From positions 2,728,001-2,792,000 of the forward strand of contig MU053758.1 in NCBI GenBank assembly GCA_013239625.1: a stretch of 64,000 nt of DNA, in the 5' to 3' direction. How positions within the stretch are numbered: the stretch's first letter is position 1; each line of letters begins with the position of its first letter. Of the stretch, positions 12,357 to 28,374 are shown one piece after another. Source of the DNA: Lama guanicoe. Taxonomy: Eukaryota. Both the position numbers and the translations under genes were made by a program. The notes below the pieces were generated by a model, which worked only from the letters and a program-made list of their open reading frames with translations, made no database searches and was not told where the DNA came from.

Positions 12357-12357
<1 letters not shown>

Positions 12358-12392
<35 letters not shown>
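12358..12392. repeat. Poly(T) tract inside a MIR-like remnant
   Basis: About 35 T, followed by ctctgccacttgctggttgtataatcctgggcaag (MIR core). Confidence 0.85.
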
Positions 12393-14402
12393 CACTCTGC
12401 CACTTGCTGGTTGTATAATCCTGGGCAAGCGATTTAACCTCTCCCTTGCCTTATCTGTGAATTGAGAAGGGTAATACTTACCTCATTCAGCTTTTTGACA
12501 GTTAGAAGAGTCAGAATATATAAAATGCCTGGAAAGGTGCCTGGTGCATAGCCAGCATGTATGTCTTAGCTGTAACAATGAGGAAGTCTGGGGTCCCCTG
12601 GATTTCTTGGAGAAGCTTGGTGGAGAACTGGATCTCTAGATGTCACAAGAATGGGACAGTGGTGAGGGCGGGAGGTGGTAGGGACAGTGGGTTTCTATTC
12701 TCCAGCCTCCTCAGCCTCCATGTCACCTCTCTCTCCCCTATGAGTTTTTGCAGCCTGGAGCCCCTCGGCCTCGCCCTCCTCTGACCCTCACCTTTTAGCT
12801 GCTTCTTAAAAGGAACCCTTGGCATCTCAGCCTGGGACACACCTCCCCAGTTGGAGGCAAATGTGCATGAATGTTTGGGCATCACTGCGTCTCTGTTAGG
12901 AATCTGAGCACCTTGAGTAGGGGAGAGAAATAACAAGGAAGGCAGGCTTGTCTCCACAACCCCCCTCCCTTCTTAGGTGTAGAGTGTGGCAGCCTTCCTG
13001 TCTCCTGGGGACCCAGTATCTCAGCTGCCTACCATCCATCTATCAACCAGGACCCATCCCTGCCTCACAGATTCTTCACCCCTGCATGGAGGGGGCATGA
13101 GTGTGGAGGATGGTGGCACTGAATAAGGAGGGTGTTGGACATGGCCCCTGGAGATCCAGGGTCTGTTGTCCTGGGTTGCCTCTTTCCCTCTATGTCTGGT
13201 GATATGACTCCTCTCTCCCCCAAATCCCTTTTATGCAGCTCCCCTCTTCAAGATACAGCAAGGACAATGGTGGGGATGCTCTGTGGTCAGCCACTAGGGA
13301 GCTTCTGGAGTGGGGGACTAATCCCAGCTATAGTTCCCATGGTTGCAGAGGAGCTTGGGGGACTTCTGTGTCTCTTGCGGAGGGAGGCAAGCATAACTGT
13401 GGTAGAAGAAGCACTGGCTGGGAGTCGGAGGCTGGGCTTTTGCCATTCACCAGTTGCTGACATGGGGCCTGGGTTTTCACAATCTGGAGACAATGATGGC
13501 CACCTCACTCAGAGTGAGTGAGGGTAATAATGTGGGATGACACCTGTGGTTAGTCATGTTGCATCCTGGCACCAGGACCAACGCCTGTGGATCCTCCTCT
13601 CTTCCCAGGACCTGGAACGCTCCAGGGTGGGGATACACATGCCACTTGGAACCAGAGACAGTTCTCAGTCTCTTACAGAAGCATCTGGGGCTGGGGGGAT
13701 GGGGGGCGGCCCAGAATGTGGTTTTCAGGCATATGGTGTTGCCTGCTCTCCTCCCTGGCAAGCTAAGGCTGGGGTACCAAAGGGGACCTCCCTCTTGTAT
13801 GCCAGTGTGCGACAGGGATCAGAAGTTCCCAGGGTAGATAAGGGGAGCAAGATGGCACTTGTTGGTGCCCAGAAAATGCTATGCTTGCTCCCCTGCTTTG
13901 GAGGCACCCAGTCTGGGGACCAAGAACTGGGGTTAAAGGTTAGGGCCAAAGGTGCAGTCACACCTCCAGCAGTGGCAAAGAGTAGCATGATTGGACCCAG
14001 CCCCCAGCTCAATTCTTCCTCCTCTCTTCCTCTTGTAAAGAAGAGATGAGCTCTTGGCTCCTAGAGCCTTAGCTGTCTATTTCATTTTCTCTTTTACCCA
14101 GGCGCGTGGGCGAGGGAAGGGGAACGGAGACCCGAGGCTTTGGTGGCTATCGGCATTTTTTTACACATCAGTGAGTGGGTGTGTTGTGCGTGCATCCATG
14201 TGTGCGTGTTTTGTGCACGTGTGGGCTGGGGAGGGCTCTGAATATCTGCCGGAATGGGGTACCCGGAGCCCGCGGCTCTGCGCATGCGGGGTGAGTGTGT
14301 GTGTCTGCACGTGTCTGTGTGTGTGCAGGAGACTCAGCTGCATTTACTTGCTCGCGCTTGCTCTGCCTCTCTCGCGCGCGCTCACGCGCTCACTCTCGCG
14401 CG

Positions 14403-14423
14403 CTCTCTTCTCTCTCTCCTCTA

Positions 14424-14465
<42 letters not shown>

Positions 14466-14473
14466 TCACACAC
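14403..14473. repeat. Compound (CT)n(CA)n microsatellite
   Basis: Read directly. Confidence 0.9.
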
Positions 14474-15851
14474 GCAATTTTCAGTCCCTCCCTCCCCCTC
14501 CCTCTCTCTCACTCCGTTTCCTCCCTCCCTCTCCCTCTTCTCTCTCCCTCCTCTCTCCGTCGTCGGTCCCTCTCCCCTCCTCCCCGCCTCTGCCAGTTCT
14601 GCTTGGGTGGGGGCTATCTCCCGCCTCTCTGGGGTGCCAGGGAGAACGTCGATGCTTTTCTTTTCCCTTCCACCATTCCCTGGGTGGTGCTCCCCAGGGC
14701 TTGCAGACAGCTCCTCTCTGCAGCTTCCTCCTTGGAAGAGGGGAGTGGGGAAGGGAGGACCCCAAGCCCTATGCCCGTGATGCCATCTGCAGTGAGAGCC
14801 TTGGCCCCGTGACATTCATGCCTCCAGCCTTCAGCTGCCCCAGCTCCCAGCTCCGATTACCCAAGGCTGGCTGCTGGGGGGAGGGCAGGGAGAGTGTGCC
14901 CTGCCCAGGTTGGGGGTGCTCCTAACTCTGCCTTTTGGCTATTTGGATCTCCCACCTCCATTCCTGGGGGGAATTGGGGCCGGGAGCATGTAGTTCTGTG
15001 GGTTGGCAGGGAAGGGACTGAGCTCTTGAGTGTGGATGTAGGCACAACCATCATCAGTAGGTGTGGGGTTTGGAAGTGACCCCTAGACCTGGGCCCCCTG
15101 CCTTGATGCCTGAGTGGAGTCGGCCTGGGTGGGAGGAGGGACAGGAGAGCAGCAGGTGGGTGAGGTTATGGTGGGGCGGGTGGGAAGCACAGTCTTTGAT
15201 GTTAGTACTGGGCATCTGTTCCAAGTCAAGGCTACTGTTTATGTCTTTCTGTCTGTGACCTGCAGGGGGGAGTTTCCTGTTATATTCTTTTGGGGGAGAG
15301 GATCCTTTTGTTTAGGTAACCAATCTCCCCCTTATATTATAACCCCCACCCGCATCTCCCATTCTCTAGCCTTCAAGGCCCCGCAGTGGCTGAGAGATCA
15401 GACTTCAGGGTCACTGCCCTTAAGCTCCAGAATCCCGTATCTTGGGACTGGGGGCAGCGAGAGCCCACCAAAGAGTGCTGTCTCCCGCGTCTCCCATCTG
15501 CCAAGCTGATGCCTGTGTCTGTGTACTCCTCTGCCATCTCACACCTGCCAAATAGTACCTTCCTTTCCGCCTTACTCTCCCCCTCTCCTGGCACTAGGAT
15601 AACAGCAAGTTGGGTGGGGCAGTCCGCTCAGTCCATACCTGAGGATAGAACAGAGGGGAACCTGGGGGAGGAGAAAGAGGTCCCAGCCCTGAGAGGCAGC
15701 TTCCCTTCAACGCGGTGGCCTGTGTTGCTGCTGCAGCCTCCCCCTGCGCCAGACGCCCAGGGGCTGTTGGTGTTTATGGCTGCCCGTGGGAGCCCACGTT
15801 GGCACAGGCGGCAGAGTCTGCACACAGATGCCTGTGTTTGCTTGTGCATGC

Positions 15852-15853
<2 letters not shown>

Positions 15854-15898
<45 letters not shown>

Positions 15899-15915
15899 CG
15901 CGCGCGCGTGTGTGT
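15854..15915. repeat. (GT)n followed by (CG)n
   Basis: Read directly. Confidence 0.95.
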
Positions 15916-18900
15916 TTGGGCTGCAGTGGCCACCTGGGCCCCTGAGCATCACCCTTTCTGGCCCCCGTGGTGTGTAGTTGAGGCATCAGTGCCAGGTCAT
16001 TGGGAGTAGGGGAGAAGGATCTCCCCCCACCGGAGCAGCAGGCAAAGGGGAAGGGGAGAGGGAGGTGTGAACCTCCCCACAGCACTATTAATAGCCCACA
16101 TGCCAGGCCACCAAGAACCAGCTGTCACCGTGGAAACCATTTCTACTCTCCCCTCCCCCCAGCTTCCATGAGGTGGGACTTAGGCGGGGCATGAAGCACC
16201 CCCCACCCATCTTTCTTTGTTACCTTTCTCTCTTTGTCTCTCCTCTCTCTCCTTCATTTGTCTCTCCCCTTCTCTGTCCTCCTCTCTCCCTCACTCTGCT
16301 CTCCCCAACCCCCGTCTTCCTCCCTCTCCCTCTGCTCCTTGTCATCCCTGACTCTACCCCCATCCATCCCTGCCCATCTCTTTGTTCTTGTCCCTCCTCA
16401 TCTTTCTTCCCCTCTTCCCCTTGTCATGCCTTTCACCCTTCTCCTCCTCTTTCTCCCCTTTTCTCAGCCCTCCTCTTGATGTATGTCTTTCCTACCATGG
16501 TTGGCAAGGAGGTGGGCTGGGCTTTCCTTACAGCGTTAAGGACAAAGTTCAGGGGCCCCAGAGAAGTGACGCCAAAGCCAAGAGCAGACACTCAGCAGAG
16601 TGGTGTGTGTAGAATTTGGGGCTAGATTTTGGGGCCCAGAGTCCCCTCTGGCAGCCCCAGGAGTCTTTTGGGAGAGTCTCTTGGGTCCGCAGGACCGCAG
16701 AGTGGGACAGTCCGGCAGCGGGAACCTGGCATGGTGCCCGTGGATGCCGCATTGGCCTCTCGTCTCTGTCCCCCCCATTGCAGAAGCACTTAAGCTTAAT
16801 GAAATGCTTCCCCCTCTGTGGGCACCTTGCCCACACTGCCACCCGGCAGCTCTTATCTGACAAAGAGGGAGTGGGTGGCCAGGCCAGCCGACAGGTGGGT
16901 CTTGCCTCCAGGCAGTCTCAGAAGACTAGCTCCACCCACTCTGCCTCCCTGGGGCTGAGCCTCTTCCTCTGCAGGGGGTGTGCCAGGCAGGAGCTGGGGG
17001 AATTGGGCAGGATTCCAGGAGGAGGGGTGAAAGGCTGCCCTTCAGGGTGGGTATCCCTGCCCCGCCCCCTTCCCCCGCTGACCTTTTTCTGCCCACAGCT
17101 AACTCAGGCTCACGTTCTTGTGCCTCCCCGCATGCTGGGCCCTCTGCTTGCTCTGTTGTCTCAGTGGCCCAGGCATGTCCCCCAAAAGATAACAGGGAGT
17201 CCTAAGGGGTTCCAGCCTCCTCCTCGGTGCCAAGTGAGGGTGCACTTAGCAGCAAGGGCAGCCCCTTGCTCCTCTGCCCACTGCCAGGGGCTCAGTGGAG
17301 CCTGGGTGGCACCCACAGACATCAGACACCATGTCGCCCAGCACAGAGGTGGGGCAGAGTGGTAGCCTCCCCCACCCCCAGCAGGCACGTGCAAGCCCTT
17401 GGCAGTGCCCAGACACATTTGGAGTTAAGGCTGGGCTGGGGAGGGGGAAGGGAAAATAAACATGGTGGCTTAGGTTGGCACTGCCCCAGGTGTGCCCTGT
17501 AGCAACTGGCAGTGGCCAGAGGGAGGAAGGAGGGGGTCCCTGAGAGCTACGGCCTGGGGCAGAAGCCGCCCATGCCATGCCATGTGGTGCTGCTGGTGTG
17601 CCCAGCCCACGGCGGCTGATACCCATTCCCACACACTCTGGCCCTCTTCGCCTGCCCCTAGGGCCTGCTCCCCAGGGCTGCCCCTCTCTCAGCGTGCCCA
17701 CTCCTGTGCCTGCCTCCTCCCCTCCCCGGGGGTGCTTGGGCCTCAGGCTGGCGAGTGGATTTTTCCAGCTTCTGTAAACAAGTGGTGGCAGCATGCCAGG
17801 TGGGCAGGAGACAGGCGGGGGCAGCACCGCAGCCAGGGTGTGCCAAGCACCGAGGCACCGTCTTGGGGTGGGGGGGAGACAGGGAGACACCCAGACCCAG
17901 AGAGAGAGAGAGAGAGAGACATTCAGATGCAGACAGACAGACCAAAGGAAGCTTCGCTGGGCAGATAGAAGTAGAAACAAGCGACAGAAAATAGCCCTCT
18001 ATTGTCCAGCCCAACCCCCATGACTGCCTCGGCCCCCTACCCCTCACTGCTCTGGCTGAGAGCAGTGGGCCCCAGTGCCCAGGCCCTGGGCATCCCCATC
18101 CACCCCTCCTCCCCCTACCTCCACCCCTAGGGCTGGCTACGCCATTATAAATTTATAACAGGAATTTCTCCACAAGCCAAGAAAAACTTGACCTACTTTC
18201 TTGACGGCTCCCTGGGCTAAGTCTCCCTGCTCACCCCCCCCCCGAGTCTCCTGTCCAGCCCCCCATGGCCAGGTCTGGTCTGGGGGGGTATCAAAGGCAG
18301 AGTGGGCACCACTTCTGTGCTCCTACCATGTTCCCCACGCTGGGGGCGCGCCTGAGTGCAGAGGCCCCATCCCATCCCCTGCCTGGCCCAGCCCAATGGC
18401 CTGCCTTATCACTCCCTCCCCTCCCACCCTGGCCCTTTATCAGTTCCTGGGGGGTGGGGCCGGGGGGCCCAGGGGCAAGGTCTCTGGTACAGCAGCCACA
18501 TGGTAGAGGTTGTGTGTGGGGAGCTGCACCTTTTGTCCCCTCTCATGTGCCCATACCTGCGTGGGTGTGCAGATGGGGAGCCTCAGATCTGCAGCCCGAG
18601 GTCAGAGGTGCAGCATCGAGCAAATGGTTGGCCCAGGTTGGCACTGCCTTTCACCCCAGGTAGCAGAACAAGGCAGGCTGCTTACTAGCTGTGTGAACTT
18701 GAGGGAATGATCTAGTTTTGAGATTTTATTTTCTCACCTGTAAAGTGCCACCTCAGAGGGCACATATTTTCTATTCAGTTAACGTGTGTTAGTTTCCTTC
18801 CCCGCCCCGCCCCCCCTGCCCTTGCCATCCTGGTGGGTGGCAGCTCAGCCAACTGGGAAGTCTGGTCCTCAGACTGGAAAGGGTGATTTGGGACCTTGTA

Positions 18901-19730
18901 TGGGAAGCTCCTTGGTGGGCCAGGACTGGGGAGTCATAGCAGCAGGGGAGGTCAGCACCCCACTATTTTCAATGGGCACTCAGGTGGGCATTCGGAATCC
19001 CTGCATGCCACCCCCCTTGCCCCACTCTTGCTTCACGAGCACCCCCATGCCTGGGATGAAAACTGCTCATCTCTGGTTGCCTCTTGCCCTGCGGTGCTGA
19101 TGAGTTTTAGGAAACCTTGGGGTGGTAACAATAGCTAACATTTAATAGACTGGTGTTAAGAGCCAGGTACTTGATTGAACGTAGCAGTTGAGACATGGTA
19201 CATGGCTGACCTCATTCTTTCCCTCCATCCCTCCCCATGTCTGGGGACTAGGATGTGTATCTCCAGTCTTACCTGCTATCTGTTGGTCTGAGGGGTTATC
19301 CTGGTCCTCTCCCTGTGCCTTCCACCATCTTGTTATGAGCCTCAAGAGCGCGAGATGTTGGCACCAAAGAAATCCTATTCACCTGCCCCCACCATTGGCA
19401 CTGCCTCATCCCTGCCTCTCTCCTCTCTCTGCAGGGCCCTCCGGACAGGACAAGATTCAGAAGTTACTCCCCCAGCCCAGGACCCCCCCCACAGACCCCA
19501 CTTGCCCTCCAGCCCTACCACCTGCCACTCCCTGGCCCCTCTCACCGCCCGCCCCCCTTGGGGTGCAGGGCATGGTGTGAAAGGCCAAGTGCTGAGGCGG
19601 GCACCATGGGTGCTGTGCCCTAGGGCCTGGGTGGCCAGGGGTGGGTGGCCTGTGGGTGTGCCGGGGGGGCCAGTGTGCCCACCCCAGTCTCTTGGCGTGC
19701 TGGAGGGCATCCTGGATGGAACTGAAGTGA

Positions 19731-19783
19731 ATGGAACAGAAGCCAAGCAAGGTGGAGTGTGGGTCAGACCCAGAGGAGAACAG
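19731..19783 (+). CDS. THRA: Thyroid hormone receptor alpha exon 2, coding part (MEQKPSKVECGSDPEEN); exon starts 19435
   Basis: Acceptor ctgcag at 19433-19434, ATG at 19731, donor cag|gtaatg; 53 nt. Confidence 0.97.
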
Positions 19784-21893
19784 GTAATGGGTCCGCAGCT
19801 AGATCATGCCAGCTCTTTGGGCAGCAGGGCTGGTCACCTGGCTGGGCCAGAGAGCTGAGCTTGGGCCTTTTAAGCACCTCTGGGAAGATGGGCATGAGGC
19901 CAGCAAGCCTGCTGCCTACCTTTGCCCAAGAGCTGAGGTCATGTTCCCATGTGGCAGGGAATTGGGCACCTGGATGGAGAGATGCCCATTTTGAAAGGGG
20001 GAGGTGATAACAGAGCAGGGCAACTACAGGCAGCAGGCATGTGGCCCCATCCTTGACAGTGCTGCGCAGTCTCAAAGGCCACCCTTCCCTGTGTCCCCTC
20101 AGCCACCCTCACCTGAGCATGTGGAATCCAAACAGCCCTGCTATTTTCTTCCTCTCCCTACCAGCCCGTTCACATCTGACCGCCGGTGTGTGGTCCAGAA
20201 GCCATGGTGCATGTGACGTGACATTTCAGGGCATACGCACCAGTAACTGTTGGTCATAGCTCATGCTTATATTTGGAACCTATTGGGAGCCTCACAAGCT
20301 CTTCCTTGTTCATGGGCAAGGGCGGGCACTGCCATGGGGCTCCTCCCAGGAAGTGGAAGTGAATGCCAGCTGTGAAGGTTTTGCTCCCACGTGGAGGAAG
20401 CATCAGTCCTGCACACACAACTCGGGATGCGTTACCTGTTTTCTGCATTGCGCTTGAGTAGCCCAGAGGGTCTCTGCATCTCCCATCAGCTCCCAGTGGC
20501 ACAGAGCTCTGTCTCAGTTGGCGTGGTGCCCTGGGAGCGGGTACAGACTATGCCTATGGCCAGGGAGAGGGTGGGGGAGGGGTGCTCTGGGGAGCAGTGT
20601 GGCCGTTGCCTAGGAGACCAGATCCTGAGCCAGGAGGCCGGAGGCCTGGCCAGGCAAAGCCCTGGGGCCCAAGACTGGGTCCCTGGAAGGGTATGGGAAG
20701 TGGATGGAGCTGGCAGTGGGGTAGGGCAACAGGGGTATGCCCCCACCGAAGCCTCACCCCAGCGGGGGGGCTCTGGAAAAGATTTGGCCTGTCATCACAT
20801 AGCTCTCACTTGCAGACTCTGTACCTCCCTACCCAGACTTCTATGGGTCTGGGAGAGTCTGAAAGGCGGGAATGCCAGTTCCTGGTCCCCCAGGACTGCA
20901 GCCCCTCCCCTGTCCACCTCCCCTCCCCCATGTCCCTGCGCCACCTTGTGGCTGTCCCTGGGACCGCACCCATAGGCTTTGGGTCTAGTTAATTTCTCAA
21001 GCCCTCCAGCTCAGCTAGGGCCTAGGTGGTCGGGAGTTCCCCCACACCCACCCACCCAGAGGCAGAAGGGAGATCTGACCCTCGAACCATTGTGGAAGTC
21101 AGACAGGGGTAATCCCCAGGGCGTGTGGAGCACAGAGCTGTCTGTGACCGTGACCCTGGCCAAGGTCACTATGTCAGTGTGTTGGGAGCTGCATCAGGCT
21201 CCAGGGGGAGGGCCCTCCAATGTGCCACACACAGGGTGGGTATGGGAGGTTGTACAGTCCGTGCATGCACGTAGAAGGCTTATGTAACCTGTGTGTGCCA
21301 AGATTATGTAACATGTATGTGGAGAGGCTGGGCGATGTATGTGTGCAGTGGCTGAGGGTTGCTAATACTGTGCTTGGAGGGGCTCAGGGTCCTTGTCCTG
21401 GCTCCGACTCCAGTGCACAGTGTCACCAGGCACAACTGGGGCCTTGGTTTGCTGCTCTGTTAAATGGATGCTGTGGTCAGGGTGGCTCTGGGAGTCCCTT
21501 CCTTTTCTCACACTCTTGGTTCTAGGTCATCGTGGTTCACTGTGCTTCTTTAACACGTGTGCACGCCTTGGAAATCTAGCGACATGTTCACTGCTGGGAG
21601 GGGCATGGTATTATTAGGTGCCTGTCTGGAGGGTTGTGTAACATGTGGGCATATCGTAGAGGTCATATATAGCTATAGATAGCAGAGCCTGCTGCTTATT
21701 TACCGTGCTCGGGTTTATACTGAAGGCGCGTAGTTAGTCACACAGGCTGGTCTTATGTTGCATATATACGTATATATTCTCAAAGCTATGTAGTTTTAAG
21801 CATGTCCTGAAGATTCTTTCTGCGTATGTGTCTTGTACTAAAGGTTTTAATGTGTGGATATCTGATAAATTATGGATGTTTAAGGTTCTATAA

Positions 21894-22376
<483 letters not shown>

Positions 22377-22619
22377 TAAGAGGGGTGCTGTGGGGCACGC
22401 CCCAGCCTTTGAGGATGGATTAGGTCAGGAAGGACCTCTTCACTTCTCCAATAACCCCTTGCCTGAGGTCCCTGAGATGAGCTGCTGCTGACATTGCCTT
22501 CTCCTCCTCCTGTCTCCCCTGCCCCTTGGATGCAGCAAGAGAAAAGCCCTGGCTGGGCAGTCAGAAGAACTGGGATTCTCCATATTCTTAGGGAAGGGGA
22601 TGGACAAGATGACCTCTGA

Positions 22620-22907
<288 letters not shown>

Positions 22908-23049
22908 TGAGCCCCCATCTCATTCCCTTTAAGACCCTCAGCCCCTGGCCCCACAGGCAGCTCTATGAACATTTACCCTAAACTCACCTGTTATACTATC
23001 ATTTCTCTTCTCTTATTCATTCATTCATTTGTTTGTTTGTTCATTCATA

Positions 23050-23230
23050 ATCTCTGCTCTGCCACTCATGGGTAAAATGCCTAAATCTCTCTGAGCCTTA
23101 GTTTCTTCGACTATAAAATGGGGACAGTCACACTACCTACCTCACAGAGTTGTTGGGAGAAAATGAGATAATGCACACTGAGCATTTAAAACAATGCCAG
23201 GCACATAAAAAGCACTCAATAATATATCTT
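23050..23230 (+). mobile_element. MIR SINE remnant
   Basis: tctctctgagccttagtttcttcgactataaaatggggac...acctacctcacagagttgttgggagaaaatgagataatgca. Confidence 0.75.
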
Positions 23231-23331
23231 CCATCCATTCAGTGTATTAAGTGTGAACGGTGTAGTATCTGCCCCACCCTCAGCTGCTCACAACTTACCA
23301 GAGAGAGACAGATATCAGTTGAAAGCAACGT

Positions 23332-23475
23332 CAGTGCTTTTCAAAATGTAGTTCCTAGACCACCAGCAGTACTTGTTAAATGCAGATCCCCAGGCCTCAT
23401 CCCAGCCCTACCTTTCGTGGTGGATCCCAGGAATCTGCCATGAAATAGGTTCCCCAGTTGCTTCTACCACCGCTG
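23332..23475. mobile_element. MER5A-like hAT MITE remnant
   Basis: cagtgctttcaaaatgtagt...accagcag...cttgttaaatgcagatccccaggcc. Confidence 0.55.
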
Positions 23476-24716
23476 AAAGGGTGTGAACCAATGCCTGGGG
23501 GCGTGATGGGGCCCAGAGGAAGAGGATGGCAGCGTTTCCATGGGCAGAGCAGACAAGTCTTCGTAGACGTGGGGAGGCTTAATCATCTCGTTTTGGACAT
23601 TACGACCTGCATGGTTTTTCCAGAATCATCAAATCCTGAAAACATAAGACCTTTCAAGAAGCAGAAATATTTTATAATATGTTAAGGTTTCAAGTTCCGC
23701 TCTTTCTTGGTGTCAACCAAACCAAGACCACCAGCGATGTAGAGTCCCGTAGCAGTCTTCCTGGAAGCAGTACCAGCAGTGTTACATAGAACAAGGAGCC
23801 CCCCTCAAGGACATTTGTGTCCCAGAGGAGCATCCCGAAAGGACAGAGATGCCTTGGCCCCACTCCTAGAGAGCCTGATGTTGTAGGTCTAGAGTGAGGC
23901 CCAGAAATCTGTGCTTTTTGGTGGGTGTCCTCGGTGATTTTAATTGTACCCCAAAATCTGAGAGCTCAGACCTTGTGTCTCATGCCTCATGCTCAGTTCT
24001 GGGTCTGCTGCCCATTTAGCCGTATGACTTTGGGCAAATTGCTTAATCTCTCCAAGCTTCAATTTCCTCATTGGCAAAGTGAAGATACTGACAGTTCCTA
24101 CCTCATAGGGTTGACACGAGCATTATTTGTGATGATACAGGAAAGAAAAGGCTTGTGGGCGCCTGGCACGTAGTAAGTGTTCAACAGAGATTAGTTCTTC
24201 ATGTTCCTGCCATCTTGAGTCTTGAGGTTTTCACTTTAAAGCAAAGACTAAATCCTATATATAAAATTGAAAATGTTCTTTTAATGCTAGTAGAGTTCGT
24301 ACCTAATGCCTTTTCTTGATCATTTTACGCCCGCCCCATTTCATGAATTCCACGTGCCATGAGAATGGTTTGGGGACCAGTGTTGTTCTTAGAGTTGTTT
24401 AACAAGATGGAAAATCAGTTATTAACTGGGCTTCCAAAGCCTCTGTTTCTTCAGGCCTCGCAGCACTTGACACCATCCCAGGCTCAAATCTCCTCCCTGC
24501 GGTCACCATCCTTACTTCTGTCACCACCACCATCCATGTACCCCCACCCCTCCGCAGCTGGGGGGCTGAGGGTGTGTATTTCTAAGTCCTAGCTGAGCCC
24601 AATGGTCCTGGGCTTGCTGCATCAAGAGGATGCCAGGTTCCCCCACTAATTCCCCAACCACCCTGCAACCCACAGAACTGCGTGATTGGTTCAGGAAGAG
24701 GAGCTACTGATCATAA

Positions 24717-25052
<336 letters not shown>

Positions 25053-25264
25053 TGAAGAAAAGGCAACAGGATTCCTCTGTGGACCCTGTGCCTGGTCCCA
25101 GTGCCTCCCTGCCTTTCACCACTCAGGGCCTTAGAGAGAGCTGTTGGGTAGAAATAAGTCCTGAGTAGCCTGCCATAGCACAATGTCCCTGACCACCAGA
25201 GAAGGCACCCCACTTCGAAGTGAGAAAGGGCATCTTTCAGTGGCTAGAGATTGGATGGCAGCAT

Positions 25265-25370
25265 CTTCTTTTTTTCTTTTCTTTTTTTTTCTTGAAAGTA
25301 GTAGGGATTGAACCCAGGACCTCTCATGCTAAACATGCCCTCTACCACTGAGCTATACCCACCGCCCCCA
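25265..25370 (-). mobile_element. tRNA-Ala-derived SINE (Vic-1-like)
   Basis: Minus strand: gggtatagctcagtggtagagggcatgtttagcatgagaggtcctgggttcaatccc plus A tail. Confidence 0.85.
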
Positions 25371-25582
25371 ACCCACCCCCGGCAGGGTCTTTTAGTAACT
25401 ACTATCACCATAACCCTTTAGACCAGAACATGATTTTCCTCTGGATCAGCCCAAATTGGAGTTGATGCGATCCCAGTGTTATCATGATCCCGGTTGTGCC
25501 ACCCAGCCGCTAGGTGATTTGCGAAGTCACTTAACTTCTCTTGGCCCCTCAGTTTCTCCAACCTTTACCCTGGGAAGAGTAG

Positions 25583-25999
<417 letters not shown>

Positions 26000-26109
26000 T
26001 AGGCCCTGGCAAAACAGTGCCAAGTGAGTGGTCAGCTTGGGAGGAGATGGACAGTTGGTTGTATGTGGTGGGAGAAGGCAGAAAACTCCTGATGGAGTGT
26101 CAGCAGGTG

Positions 26110-26420
26110 GTACAGTGCACTGTTAGAAGCACAGGCTACAATACCAAGCACATGTGTATATAACAGTCAGGAATCAGACTACTTGGGCTCAAATCTTTGT
26201 TCCACCACCTACTGGCCACGTGACCTCAGGCTTATTACTTAGCTATGCCTGTCTCAGTTTTTTCATCTGTGAAATGGTGATCAGTATAACATCATCCAAC
26301 TAATGGTGATCAGTTGTGCTGAGGATTAAATGAGATAATACACGTAAAGCAAATAACCTAATGCCTAGTTGCATATTAAATACTCAGTAAATAGAGCTTC
26401 CATTATTATGACATTACCTC
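26110..26420 (+). mobile_element. MIR SINE remnant
   Basis: ggctcaaatc...ccaccacctactggccacgtgacctcagg...tctcagttttttcatctgtgaaatgg...gaggattaaatgagataata. Confidence 0.7.
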
Positions 26421-26648
26421 TACTGCTATTATGATCGTTGTTATTATTAGCCAACTTGGAGCTCTGGTTCTGATCTATTCTCTGCCCCAAGTTGAAGGAG
26501 ACGGCTTAGGCCAGGGATGCAGCAGTGCCCAGGTGCTGGTGGTCCCTCTTCCCCAAGCTGCCTTGGAGCTCCCCCTGGTGGGCAGGGAGCCTCAGTGAGA
26601 GGTTGAAAGGGGTCTGCAGCCCCAGCTGACCCCTCTCTCTCCCTCTAG

Positions 26649-26903
<255 letters not shown>

Positions 26904-27146
26904 TGATCCCTAAAGAACCAACAGGCTCCACAGGCCCTCCCTGCCCTTCTCTCCTCACTTTAAAGAGCACTGATTCTGGGGACAGGCTGCCCTACTAGCT
27001 GTGTGACCTTGGCCACGCAGCCGAACTCCCTCTACCTCCCTCTGCTTGTCTGCGGTGGGGATGGAGATTAGGACAGGACCTAACTCACAGACATGGTTGT
27101 GAGGCTTAATGCAACGGGGCAGGTCCATGGCCTGGCGCAAGGTTAG

Positions 27147-28374
<1,228 letters not shown>

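Noticed and set aside
14054..14925. Long ORFs of 252 and 223 aa
   Set aside because: Produced by CT/CA microsatellites; low-complexity translation with no recognisable domain
16616..17980. ORFs of 249 aa (+) and 244 aa (-)
   Set aside because: Intronic, non-ATG starts, no domain or splice support
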